A stretch of 61,698 bases of DNA from a bacterium (GTDB lineage: Bacteria; Patescibacteriota; Doudnabacteria; UBA920; 2-01-FULL-46-14), in contig JAUYKH010000040.1 in NCBI GenBank assembly GCA_030700065.1, forward strand, positions 1 to 61,698. Direction: 5' to 3'. Every line of letters begins with the position of its first letter. The stretch's first letter is position 1. Under the pieces are notes generated by a model. It saw nothing but the letters and a program-made list of their open reading frames with translations, was not told the origin of the DNA and ran no database searches. The translations under genes and the position numbers were made by a program. Shown here one piece after another: positions 7,593 through 16,498 of the stretch.

Positions 7593-9628
7593 AAAGAGCC
7601 GCGTCTTTTTTAATTTTGATCGCCACAACTTTGGTTTTTTCCCCAATCTCGGCCCAAGCGGGCTCGGAGGGGGGAGTTTTGGTCGTCAAAATAAAGGACC
7701 AAAAATACGGGCCGATTTTGGAAAATTATGCAAACCAAGTAGAGTTATTATTTGATGAAACTTACCGAATTAATGTTTCAGACAAGTCGAGGGCAATGTC
7801 AGAATTGGACCGTGAGCCTTGGGTGGCTTATGTCGAAAGCGACAGGCTTTTGAATACAACGATGACTGCCGCTGATCCGCTGTTCGTGCTCGACGAGCAG
7901 GAGCTCACGAAGCAATGGTACCTGCCGAAAATTCAGGCTGACAAGGCGTGGAATAAAACGACCGGAAGCAATCTCATTATTGCCATAATTGATACCGGGA
8001 TAAACGCGAAGCATGAAGATATGAATGACGGGAGGGTTATCGCCGGGTACGCGACCTATTGCCAGGTTGAAAATGCGGAAACCGGAGATTGCCTGATTCG
8101 AGTATCCGGTGATTTGGCCGCCAACGTCAATTCAGATGATAACGGACATGGAACAATTGTGGCGGGAATTATTGGGGCGATCTCCAACAATAACAGAGGG
8201 ATTGCCGGGATCAACTGGCACGCCAGACTCATGCCGATCAAGGCCCTTGATTCGACCGGGACCGGATACGCGTCAGACGTGGCCTTGGCACTGCGCTGGG
8301 CCGCTGACCACGGCGCTCGCGTCGCCAACCTTTCCATTGGCGGGCCGGGACTTGAATCAGTGCAGGTTCTACAGGACTCGGTAACTTATGCTTTCAATAA
8401 GGGCGTATTGATTGTGGTAGCGGCAGGGAATGACGCCGCCGCCATAGGCGGGAATTTGAATACCAATCCCAGTTTGCCGGTTTGTGCCAACGGCGGACAA
8501 AACATGATCGTCGGGGTCGCGGCAGTGGACGCGGCTGATCGCAAAGCGCTTTTTTCCAACTATGGCTCCAATTGCGTTGATATTTCCGCGCCGGGCACTG
8601 GCACTTTCGTTGACAAGCAAACAAAGCAGGGCTTGGTTTCCACTTATTACGATCCCACCCGTCCTGGCGAGAACAATTTGTATGTTTATGCTTTGGGAAC
8701 GTCCATGGCTACCCCGATGGTGAGCGCCGTGGCTTCGCTGATGATGGACACGTTTCCAGAATTGGACGTTCGGGCCATTCGCGATAGGCTCATTTCAAGC
8801 GCGGATAATATTGATCAGCTGAATCAAACGGGCTGCGATGGGTCTTCGTGCGCCGGCCATATTGGCCAAGGGCGACTCAATGCTTACAAAGCGGTATATT
8901 TTTCGACCATATTTGCCACGGGTAGCGTGGTGAGAAATGAGCAGAACAGTCTTTTTTTGATCGAGCAGGGGATAAAGCGGCCCCTTTCAGAATACGTCTA
9001 CAAACAGCGATTTGGCGCGGTTCCGGTAATTCAAGCGACCACGGCCCAGCTTGACACTTTTCCGACCGGAACGCGCGTTCCACCCGCTGACGGCACGCTT
9101 ATTAAAGAACCGAACATTCCGACAGTCTATCTCGTAGGCGGGGGACAAAGGCTCGCTTTATCCTATCTCGCTTTTACATCCAGGGGGTTTCGTTTTCAAG
9201 ATATCGTCACCCTTCCGGCGGAAGAAATCGCTGGGATACCGCCAGGCCAGGACGCGGACGTTTTGGACGGCGCTTTGATGAAGTCGCCTGATCACCCGGC
9301 CGTATTTATTCTGACGAGCCGGGCGCGGCGGCTCCTGTCATATTTTGTGTTCAAGGAGCGCGGGTTTGATCAATCGCCGATTGCCATAATTTCACTCGAG
9401 GAATTGGCGAAATTCCCGGTGCATCCCGATGGATTTTTGTATCCTCCCGCGGAAGGAACTCTCATGCGCGGCGACGAGATTAGCACTGTTTTCATGATTG
9501 AGGGCGGGAAGAGACGCGGTCTGAATTTGCCGGCGTTTCAGACACGGGGTTTTAGGTTTGAGGACGTGAAGGTTTTATCGCAAAGCGAAGTGAGCGGTTA
9601 CGAATTAGGAACGGACATCATAGAATGA
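7589..9628 (+). CDS. Secreted S8 (subtilisin-family) serine peptidase with four C-terminal modules of about 60 aa
   Basis: Signal peptide ...SAQA. Catalytic triad motifs IAIIDTGI, HGTIVAG and GTSMATPMV. The C-terminal repeats are shared with the next gene. Confidence 0.85.
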   Translation: MKRAASFLILIATTLVFSPISAQAGSEGGVLVVKIKDQKYGPILENYANQVELLFDETYRINVSDKSRAMSELDREPWVAYVESDRLLNTTMTAADPLFVLDEQELTKQWYLPKIQADKAWNKTTGSNLIIAIIDTGINAKHEDMNDGRVIAGYATYCQVENAETGDCLIRVSGDLAANVNSDDNGHGTIVAGIIGAISNNNRGIAGINWHARLMPIKALDSTGTGYASDVALALRWAADHGARVANLSIGGPGLESVQVLQDSVTYAFNKGVLIVVAAGNDAAAIGGNLNTNPSLPVCANGGQNMIVGVAAVDAADRKALFSNYGSNCVDISAPGTGTFVDKQTKQGLVSTYYDPTRPGENNLYVYALGTSMATPMVSAVASLMMDTFPELDVRAIRDRLISSADNIDQLNQTGCDGSSCAGHIGQGRLNAYKAVYFSTIFATGSVVRNEQNSLFLIEQGIKRPLSEYVYKQRFGAVPVIQATTAQLDTFPTGTRVPPADGTLIKEPNIPTVYLVGGGQRLALSYLAFTSRGFRFQDIVTLPAEEIAGIPPGQDADVLDGALMKSPDHPAVFILTSRARRLLSYFVFKERGFDQSPIAIISLEELAKFPVHPDGFLYPPAEGTLMRGDEISTVFMIEGGKRRGLNLPAFQTRGFRFEDVKVLSQSEVSGYELGTDIIE

Positions 9629-11526
9629 AGTTTCAAGTTTCAAGTTTCAAGTTTCATTTTTTTCTGTCGTCCATTATTTTGATTTCGACGCCGTTGCTGG
9701 TTTTGGCACAAACGACAGGTTTTGATCCAAATTTACTTATTTCCGACGAACGGTTTTCTGACACGGCGACCCTGGGCGGAGCCGAAGGCATTCAAAAATT
9801 TCTGGAGCACCAGGGCAGCGTACTGGCCAATACTTCTGCAGATTTTCTGGTCAAATTGCGCGAGCCGGACACCGCTCTCAAAAGTCGTTTGCCTGACCCG
9901 CGGCCGAATCTCGGCCGGTTGAGAACCGCGGCTGAACTTATTTATGATGCGGCTACGTCTGCGGGACTGAACCCCCAGGTGGTGTTAGTGACCCTGCACA
10001 AAGAGCAGTCTCTCTTGGGCGGCAATTTTTTAACGCGTGATTTGCAGAGAGCGCTTGACCGCGCCTTGGGCTTCGGCTGTCCTGACGAAGGCGGTTGCGG
10101 CGATATTTTTCTCGGGTTTTATCACCAGTTGTTTGGCAACTTTGATGCGTCTGACAACCGGTTCATTGGGATGCCGATGTCGCTCATGCGCAGTTTCAAT
10201 TTTGAAGTCGGCGGAATCAGAGTCGGCAGGGGTCCCGCGGTGGACGCTTTGAACAACGCGTACGGCAACGGCAACCGCGTTCGAACCGCCCGAAAAGGAG
10301 ACACTATCATGTTTGAAAATACCCAAGGCCCCCCAAACAACGCCCCGCAGTATCAACAAGTAACACTTTCCAATTTTGCCACAGCGGCTTTGTATCGGTA
10401 TACGCCGCACGTTTACAACGGCAATTTTAATTTCAACAAATTTTTCATCGCTTGGTTCAGATACCCCAACGGCACGCTTATCCAAACTGCCGGCGATGCC
10501 AGGGTGTATGTTGTGGACAATGATGTCAGAAGGCCGATCTCCAGCTATGTGGTTACCGAGCGGGGCCTCAATCCGGCGGCGGTAATCACATTGTCAGCTT
10601 TGGAATTTGACGCGTACTCGCTGGGTGATGTTGTGCCGCCCAAGGACGGGACTTTGATAAAAAATTCCCTCGGGCAGATATATTTAGTGGAGCAGGGAAC
10701 CAGAAAGTTGCTCACGAGCTTTGTGGCAGCACAGCGGAAATTGAATCTGGCGGAGGCGGTTGTTTTACCGGACGACGAAATAACGAGCTACACCGATGGG
10801 GGCAAGGCGTTGCCCGCCGAGGGGACGTTGGTAAAATCGAAAGACAACCCTGCCGTTTATGTAATCACTAACAATGAAAAGCGGTTACTCTCCGCGTTCG
10901 TGTTTAAACAGCGCAAATATTCTTTCGCCGATGTTCTGTCGGCAGAGGCGGGTGAACTGGATGGTTACCCGACAGGGCCGCTCATGGCACCGCTCGATGG
11001 GACCCTTATCAAGGCGGCCGAAGAGCCGGCCGTGTACCATGTCACAAACGGACAGCTCCAGCCGCTAACATTTTTTGTATTCACCAATAGGGGTTTCCGC
11101 TTCCGAGATGTAATATCCGTGCCAAAGGCTGAACTTGCGACTTGGGAACTGGGCAAACCAATGCCTCCGCCCACGGGATTGCTCGTCAAAAATACCACGA
11201 GCCCGGCGGTTTACTATATCGAGTCAGGCACCAAGCGCCCCATATCTTATGATGTTTTCTTGAGCCGCAAATTCAGCTTCAAAGATGTAGTGGTCGGCGC
11301 GGACGCGGAAATTGACGCAATCGAGCTTACGGATGATCTGACGCTTCCTGAACGCGCGTTGGTCAAGACGCGGGATTCCGCGGCCGTATATTATCTCGTG
11401 GACGGATCGATGCGCCCCCTAACCTACAACGCGTTCATCAATCGCCGTTTGCGATTTGAAGATGTAGTCACTATTTCGCCTGAAACTTTGGCCGAATATC
11501 CTATCGGCGCGGTCGTCGAGAACTGA
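9625..11526 (+). CDS. Secreted repeat protein (six copies of the DGTLIK...PAVY...F.F.DV module); possible cell-wall-binding or hydrolase protein
   Basis: Signal/TM helix. The N-terminal domain contains LNPQVVLVTLHKEQSLL. Six modules of about 59 aa are homologous to the C-terminus of the S8 protease. Confidence 0.65.
   Translation: MKFQVSSFKFHFFLSSIILISTPLLVLAQTTGFDPNLLISDERFSDTATLGGAEGIQKFLEHQGSVLANTSADFLVKLREPDTALKSRLPDPRPNLGRLRTAAELIYDAATSAGLNPQVVLVTLHKEQSLLGGNFLTRDLQRALDRALGFGCPDEGGCGDIFLGFYHQLFGNFDASDNRFIGMPMSLMRSFNFEVGGIRVGRGPAVDALNNAYGNGNRVRTARKGDTIMFENTQGPPNNAPQYQQVTLSNFATAALYRYTPHVYNGNFNFNKFFIAWFRYPNGTLIQTAGDARVYVVDNDVRRPISSYVVTERGLNPAAVITLSALEFDAYSLGDVVPPKDGTLIKNSLGQIYLVEQGTRKLLTSFVAAQRKLNLAEAVVLPDDEITSYTDGGKALPAEGTLVKSKDNPAVYVITNNEKRLLSAFVFKQRKYSFADVLSAEAGELDGYPTGPLMAPLDGTLIKAAEEPAVYHVTNGQLQPLTFFVFTNRGFRFRDVISVPKAELATWELGKPMPPPTGLLVKNTTSPAVYYIESGTKRPISYDVFLSRKFSFKDVVVGADAEIDAIELTDDLTLPERALVKTRDSAAVYYLVDGSMRPLTYNAFINRRLRFEDVVTISPETLAEYPIGAVVEN
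9629..9656 (+). repeat. Heptanucleotide tandem repeat (AGTTTCA, about 3.7 copies) at codons 2-11
   Basis: atgaAGTTTCAAGTTTCAAGTTTCAAGTTTCAttt encodes KFQVSSFKFH. Confidence 0.9.
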
Positions 11527-11546
11527 TCGATCTAAACCGTTTTCAA

Positions 11547-11572
11547 GCCCCGCGTCAAAGCGGGGCGTTTTT
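11547..11572 (+). terminator. Rho-independent terminator
   Basis: GCCCCGC-GTCAAA-GCGGGGC followed by GTTTTT. Confidence 0.7.
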
Positions 11573-11597
11573 GTGTTATAATATCAGTGTAAAATTT

Positions 11598-13013
11598 ATG
11601 TCAAACATCGGCCGAAACATCGTTTCTTTGGGGTTATCCAGAATCACGTCCGGGCTCCTTTTGTTTTTTGTTTACGCGAAGCTTGCATCGTATCTCGGGC
11701 CAGCGGGTTTTGGCAAGTTTTCTTTGATCCTGGCCTATTACACAATTTTTTTGCTTTTTGTGGATTTTGGCATATCGCGCTACGTGATCAAAAAAATCAG
11801 CGAGGATAAAAGCCAAACGCCCCTGTATTTCGGGAATTTTTTCATCGCCCAATTTTTTTTGGCACTGATCGTTTTTTCCCTGTTTATTTTCATCCCGCGG
11901 TGGTTTGACTATGATGCCGAAGTCGCGCGCGCCATGTTTTACATAGGGATAGGCTTGCTGTTCGGGGCCTTGAGCATCCCTTTCGCGGCGATTATTCAGG
12001 CGTGGCAGAAAATCCACCTTCTGGCCGCGGTATATTTTTTCGATTCTCTGATCCGCGCCGTGTGGCTCATCCTGGCCATTCTTTGGAGCAAAGATCTGGT
12101 TTTTATTTTTTTCGTTTATTCGTTGACCGGAGTTTTTGATATAGTCATTTACGCGATCCTCACGCGGAAGATTGCGCGGCCCAGGTTCCAATTTGACCAG
12201 GGTCTCACCAAAAAATTATTTATGTATGGCATCCCTTTCGCGTTCGTCTCCGGATTTGAAATTTTGATTGCCAAAGTGGACATCGTCATCCAAAAATTTT
12301 TTCTGCCCTATTACGAGGTGGGACTTTATTCCGCGGCATACCGCTTTCTGGATTTTCTGACATTTATTCCGGCAGTCGTCGCCATCAGTTTATTCCCGGT
12401 TCTTTCGGAAATCCCGGATTTAAAAACCCCGGAAACCAAGGGTATTATTGATCGATTTAACCGCTATATGCTTCTGCTCGCAATTCCGCTTGGCACGGGG
12501 GCGACTATGTTCGCCGACAAGATCATTTTCACGCTATTCGGGCCGGAATACACAGGTTCGATTTTAATATTTCAAATTCTGATTTGGTCCACGGTGATTA
12601 CTTTTGTCTATGCCGTTTCGAACGTGATCATGCAGGTCAGGCAAACAAAAAGGGCAGTATTGATTCTGGCGGTTGCCGCGGCGGCAAATGCTGTTTCCAA
12701 TGTGATTCTGGTCCCGCGGTTTGGGATCATAGCTTCCGCCTGGCTCACGGTCGCGACATATCTTCTGGTTGCCGCGCTGTATATTTTTTACTCAAATAAC
12801 ACCGCTCGCCACTCCTACCATCCGTACGTCTTTTGGCCGGTGATTGCTTCAGCGTTGATGGCAGCGGGGCTGTGGGCGATACGCGACGCAAATATTTTTT
12901 TAATCACCTTAATTGCGATAGCCATCTATTTCGGCGTTCTGATCGCAGGCGGTTATGTAAAAAGAGAGGATTGGCTGTTTATTAAATCGGTAGTAACAAA
13001 ACCATCGCCGTGA
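11598..13013 (+). CDS. Polysaccharide/oligosaccharide flippase (MOP/Wzx family)
   Basis: About 12-14 transmembrane helices and Wzx-like sequence. The start is set at ATG 11598, downstream of TGtTATAAT (11574-11582). Confidence 0.7.
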   Translation: MSNIGRNIVSLGLSRITSGLLLFFVYAKLASYLGPAGFGKFSLILAYYTIFLLFVDFGISRYVIKKISEDKSQTPLYFGNFFIAQFFLALIVFSLFIFIPRWFDYDAEVARAMFYIGIGLLFGALSIPFAAIIQAWQKIHLLAAVYFFDSLIRAVWLILAILWSKDLVFIFFVYSLTGVFDIVIYAILTRKIARPRFQFDQGLTKKLFMYGIPFAFVSGFEILIAKVDIVIQKFFLPYYEVGLYSAAYRFLDFLTFIPAVVAISLFPVLSEIPDLKTPETKGIIDRFNRYMLLLAIPLGTGATMFADKIIFTLFGPEYTGSILIFQILIWSTVITFVYAVSNVIMQVRQTKRAVLILAVAAAANAVSNVILVPRFGIIASAWLTVATYLLVAALYIFYSNNTARHSYHPYVFWPVIASALMAAGLWAIRDANIFLITLIAIAIYFGVLIAGGYVKREDWLFIKSVVTKPSP

Positions 13014-13885
13014 AACTTTCCATCCTCATCGTAAATTGGAATACCCGCGATCTTTTGATCAAATGCATTAATTCTATCCTAAACAATGCGCCAAGCTTTG
13101 ATTACGAGATAATTGTGGTGGACAACAATTCGAGGGACGGCAGCGTGGAGACTCTGACTAATTTATTGGGGCACAACAAGAAGATACGCCTTCTTCAATC
13201 GTTGAGGAATTTGGGGTTTGCCCGCGCAAACAATTATGCGTTTCAAAATTCAATCGGTGAATATATTTTTGCGTTGAATCCTGACACAGAAGTTCATCCT
13301 TGCGCAATTGATTTGCTTGTTTCTTATATGGAGGCTCATCCGGCGGTGGGTGTGGCGGGACCGAAGCTTTTGAACCCTGACGGAACGGTTCAGCAGTCAG
13401 TGCGGCGATTCCCAACTATTTCGTCGTCTGTTCTGGTTTTTTCCGGCCTGTATAGGATTTTTCGTCCGCGGCGCTATCTCATGGACGATTTTGACTATAA
13501 TCACGAAGCCGACGTTGATCAGGTCATGGGGGCGGCGCTTCTGACGCGCAGAAGCATAATTGAGAAATTGGGACTGTTTGATGAAAACTTTTGGCTCTGG
13601 TATGAGGAAGTCGATTTTTGCAAACGGGTAAAAGATGCCGGATACCAAGTGAAATTTTACCCTGGCGCCCAAGTCATGCATCGCGGGGCAGAAAGTTTTT
13701 CCCAGCTGGCGGTTTTTGAGCGGAAAAGAGTCGCGGGACGAAGCTTGGTTTATTATTTCAAAAAAAATGGAAACATATTCCAGGTTTTAGCCATCGCAGT
13801 GGTTATCCCGGCGGTTTTGTTCGCTGCCTGGTTTTTGGGGCGCCTGGAAAGAGCTTTCAAATTTAAGCTTCACCCCCATGCCTAG
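13010..13885 (+). CDS. GT2-family glycosyltransferase
   Basis: SILIVNWN, IIVVDNNSRDGS, NLGFARANN and LNPDTEV motifs. Confidence 0.8.
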   Translation: MKLSILIVNWNTRDLLIKCINSILNNAPSFDYEIIVVDNNSRDGSVETLTNLLGHNKKIRLLQSLRNLGFARANNYAFQNSIGEYIFALNPDTEVHPCAIDLLVSYMEAHPAVGVAGPKLLNPDGTVQQSVRRFPTISSSVLVFSGLYRIFRPRRYLMDDFDYNHEADVDQVMGAALLTRRSIIEKLGLFDENFWLWYEEVDFCKRVKDAGYQVKFYPGAQVMHRGAESFSQLAVFERKRVAGRSLVYYFKKNGNIFQVLAIAVVIPAVLFAAWFLGRLERAFKFKLHPHA

Positions 13886-15365
13886 TAATACCACTTTTGC
13901 AAAAGCCTTAATTGTCATGGCGCTCTTGGAAGGGATTTCTTTGCTGTCGTTCGTTTACCCGGCAATTTCCCTGCCACTGCTCTTGGTAGCCGCGGTTGCG
14001 ACCTTTTTCATGTCGTTACGAAAGTTGGAATGGGGAATTTATATTTTGTTTGGGGAATTATTTTTGGGTAGCAGGGGACATCTGCTGGAGCACGGATTTT
14101 TGTCTCTAAGGTTGGTCGTTTTTTTGGCAGTATTTGTAGCGTGGATTGTGAGCAGAATCAAGAATCAAGAATCAAGAATCAAGGAACTCCAAACCGTAAT
14201 TCATAATTCTAAATTCATAATTCTATATGCGCTGTTGTTGTTGGTAATCGGTCTTGGGGTGGTTAATGGTTATTTTCGTGGGAGCGGCTTAGCAAATATC
14301 TTCAACGATGCAAACGGGTATCTGTATTTGGCCATTCTTCCGGCGGTTCTGGCGGGAATTCGGACCCAGGAGGCTGTAGCAAAGTTATTCAAAATTTTGG
14401 GCGCCGCGGTTGTTATCATCGCGGTCAAAACGCTAATTTTATTTGTGTGGTTTACTTACGGCCTAGGAGGGGTTGCCACGCTATATCATTGGGTATTAGA
14501 TCAGGACATTGGCGAGATTACCGGTGTTGTGGGCAGCGCGTCGAGGATTTTCATGCAGAGCCAATTTTACGCGCTGGTGGGCCTGTTTGTTTTCGGTCTT
14601 CTTACCCTCCCCTTGCCCCTCCCATCAGGGGGGGGGGATGAGGAAGAAGATTCCTCCCCCCTTGTGGGGGAGGTTGGGTGGGGGGGGAAGTGGTTGGTTG
14701 TCGCCGCGGCAATATTTTCCGTCATCATGAGCTTATCGCGCAGTTTTTGGCTTGGCGGCATTGTGGGAGCTGTATTTGCGGCGGCAATGCTGCTCTTTTA
14801 TTTCCGCGTGAGTTGGAAAAGATTTGCTAAATTTGCCGCAGTTTTGATTTTAATTGCCGGGGCAGAGGTTAGCATATTTGTTGCAGTCTCGAAGACTGCA
14901 GGACAGAGCGAGACAGTCGGGAGCCGCCTTGAAAATCCAGTTTCAGAAGCCGCGGGCGGGGCGCGGCTGCTGCTTCTGCCAGAATTGCTTGAGCAAATAA
15001 AACAAAGCCCAATTGTTGGAAAAGGTTTTGGCCGAGAAGTGACTTATTCCAGTTACCTGCCGGATCGGGTGACGGCCGATAATCCAGAAGGAAAAATTAC
15101 CAGCTTTGCCTTTGAATGGGGCTACCTTGACACGATATTAAAAATTGGACTCGCTGGGACATTGGTTTATCTATTATTCATTGCAAAAGTATTTGGGGAC
15201 GGCTGGTCAAAGTTTCAAGTTCCAGGTTTCAAGTTTCAAATACTGGGATTGCTATCCGGTTTAGTCGCGCTAGTTATTTTAAACATCACCACTCCCTATC
15301 TTAATCATCCGCTGGGAATCGGATATTTGATGCTAAGTCTTGTTGCTTTTAAGAACTATGAATAA
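13878..15365 (+). CDS. O-antigen ligase/polymerase-family (Wzy_C-like) membrane protein carrying several simple-repeat insertions
   Basis: Polytopic membrane protein with an SLSRSFWLGG motif. It lies within the glycan cluster. Confidence 0.6.
   Translation: MPSNTTFAKALIVMALLEGISLLSFVYPAISLPLLLVAAVATFFMSLRKLEWGIYILFGELFLGSRGHLLEHGFLSLRLVVFLAVFVAWIVSRIKNQESRIKELQTVIHNSKFIILYALLLLVIGLGVVNGYFRGSGLANIFNDANGYLYLAILPAVLAGIRTQEAVAKLFKILGAAVVIIAVKTLILFVWFTYGLGGVATLYHWVLDQDIGEITGVVGSASRIFMQSQFYALVGLFVFGLLTLPLPLPSGGGDEEEDSSPLVGEVGWGGKWLVVAAAIFSVIMSLSRSFWLGGIVGAVFAAAMLLFYFRVSWKRFAKFAAVLILIAGAEVSIFVAVSKTAGQSETVGSRLENPVSEAAGGARLLLLPELLEQIKQSPIVGKGFGREVTYSSYLPDRVTADNPEGKITSFAFEWGYLDTILKIGLAGTLVYLLFIAKVFGDGWSKFQVPGFKFQILGLLSGLVALVILNITTPYLNHPLGIGYLMLSLVAFKNYE
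14154..14181 (+). repeat. Perfect heptanucleotide tandem repeat (AGAATCA x4) inside a CDS
   Basis: Read directly from the sequence. It encodes RIKNQESRIK. Confidence 0.95.
14198..14224 (+). repeat. 13-mer AATTCATAATTCT repeated twice with a 14-nt period, inside a CDS
   Basis: Copies at 14198-14210 and 14212-14224 are identical. Confidence 0.9.
14600..14690 (+). repeat. G-run/C-run hairpin element inserted in frame (G10, G8, C6 tracts)
   Basis: CCTCCCCC-CTTGT-GGGGGAGG perfect 8-bp hairpin at 14653-14673. G10 at 14628-14637 and G8 at 14680-14687. Encodes LPLPLPSGGGDEEEDSSPLVGEVGWGGK between transmembrane segments. Confidence 0.85.
15211..15238 (+). repeat. Imperfect heptamer array AGTTTCA/AGTTCCA/GGTTTCA/AGTTTCA inside a CDS
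   Basis: It uses the same unit as 9629-9656 and encodes KFQVPGFKFQ. Confidence 0.85.
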
Positions 15366-16383
15366 GCCGCTCGTCAGCGTTGTTATTCTTTCATACAACA
15401 GCCGGAGGTACATTGAAAAATGTCTGGATAGCGTGTTGCGGCAGGATTATCCAAATATTGAAATTTTGATTTTGATCAACGGATCGGATGACGGATCAGT
15501 CGAAATCATCAAATCAAAATACTCCCGGATTAAAAAAATTAAGATTCTCGAGCCGGGGGCAAATTTGTGGTTTAGCCGAGGGAATAATTATACTTTTTCC
15601 CATGCCAAAGGCGAATATATCATGGCCTTGAATCAAGACACTATTTTGCGAAGCAATTTTGTAAGTCTTTTGGGAGGGGCGATGGAGGCAGATATCACTT
15701 TGGGTTCGGTAACAGGCAGACTTCTTCACTATAAATTTGATATTGACTCTGAGACCAGAATTTTGGACAGCACGGGGATCGAGATTTTTAAAACCCGCCG
15801 CGTAATCGACCGGGGGCAATGGGAGGTGGACCGCGGTCAATACGATCGTGACACGGACATATTTGGCGCATCAGGCGCGGCTGCCATGTACCGCAAATCT
15901 GCGCTTGAGCAGATAAGAATTCCAAAAATCGGCGGAGGGTACGAATATTTTGACGAAGATTTCATCGCTTATAAAGAAGATGTGGACCTCGCCTGGCGCC
16001 TCCGGCTTGCCGGCTATGGCTGCCGATATGTGCCGCAGGCCGTGATTTTCCACGGCCGCAACGTCGGCCGGTCCTGGCCGACCCAATTTATTCGGTTTAT
16101 CCTCAATCGCCGCCGACAATCCCGCGAAATAAGAAAGCTCTCTTTCAAAAACCATTATCTGATGATGGTAAAGAATGAAGTTCCCGCGGTTTTTTGGCGG
16201 CACTTCGGCTACATATTAACCAGAGAAATTTTATTGCTGCTTTACACGATAATTTTTGAACAGTTTCAGATTTTCGCCGCCAGAGACTTCTTCAAACAGC
16301 TCCCTCACGCGCTCAAAAAACGAAAATTTATCATGGCGAATGTGAAAATTAGTCCGCACGATATTCGAAAACTGTTCCATTAA
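15358..16383 (+). CDS. GT2-family glycosyltransferase
   Basis: VSVVILSYNS and ILINGSDDGS motifs. ATG 15358 overlaps the upstream stop. The ORF-track start at 15340 is less likely. Confidence 0.75.
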   Translation: MNKPLVSVVILSYNSRRYIEKCLDSVLRQDYPNIEILILINGSDDGSVEIIKSKYSRIKKIKILEPGANLWFSRGNNYTFSHAKGEYIMALNQDTILRSNFVSLLGGAMEADITLGSVTGRLLHYKFDIDSETRILDSTGIEIFKTRRVIDRGQWEVDRGQYDRDTDIFGASGAAAMYRKSALEQIRIPKIGGGYEYFDEDFIAYKEDVDLAWRLRLAGYGCRYVPQAVIFHGRNVGRSWPTQFIRFILNRRRQSREIRKLSFKNHYLMMVKNEVPAVFWRHFGYILTREILLLLYTIIFEQFQIFAARDFFKQLPHALKKRKFIMANVKISPHDIRKLFH

Positions 16384-16498
16384 CTCGTTTCACAGAGCTG
16401 CCTGCAAGAATAATGACAACGCTAGCACAATCCCTATACGGTTGTTATTTTTATTCAATCACATTGTAATTTAGGAAGATACTTGATAACTTAACGAT

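Noticed and set aside
14154-15238. CRISPR array as an explanation for the short repeats
   Set aside because: The repeats are directly tandem (7-14 nt units, no spacers) and lie inside a CDS. No repeat-spacer architecture exists anywhere in the window.
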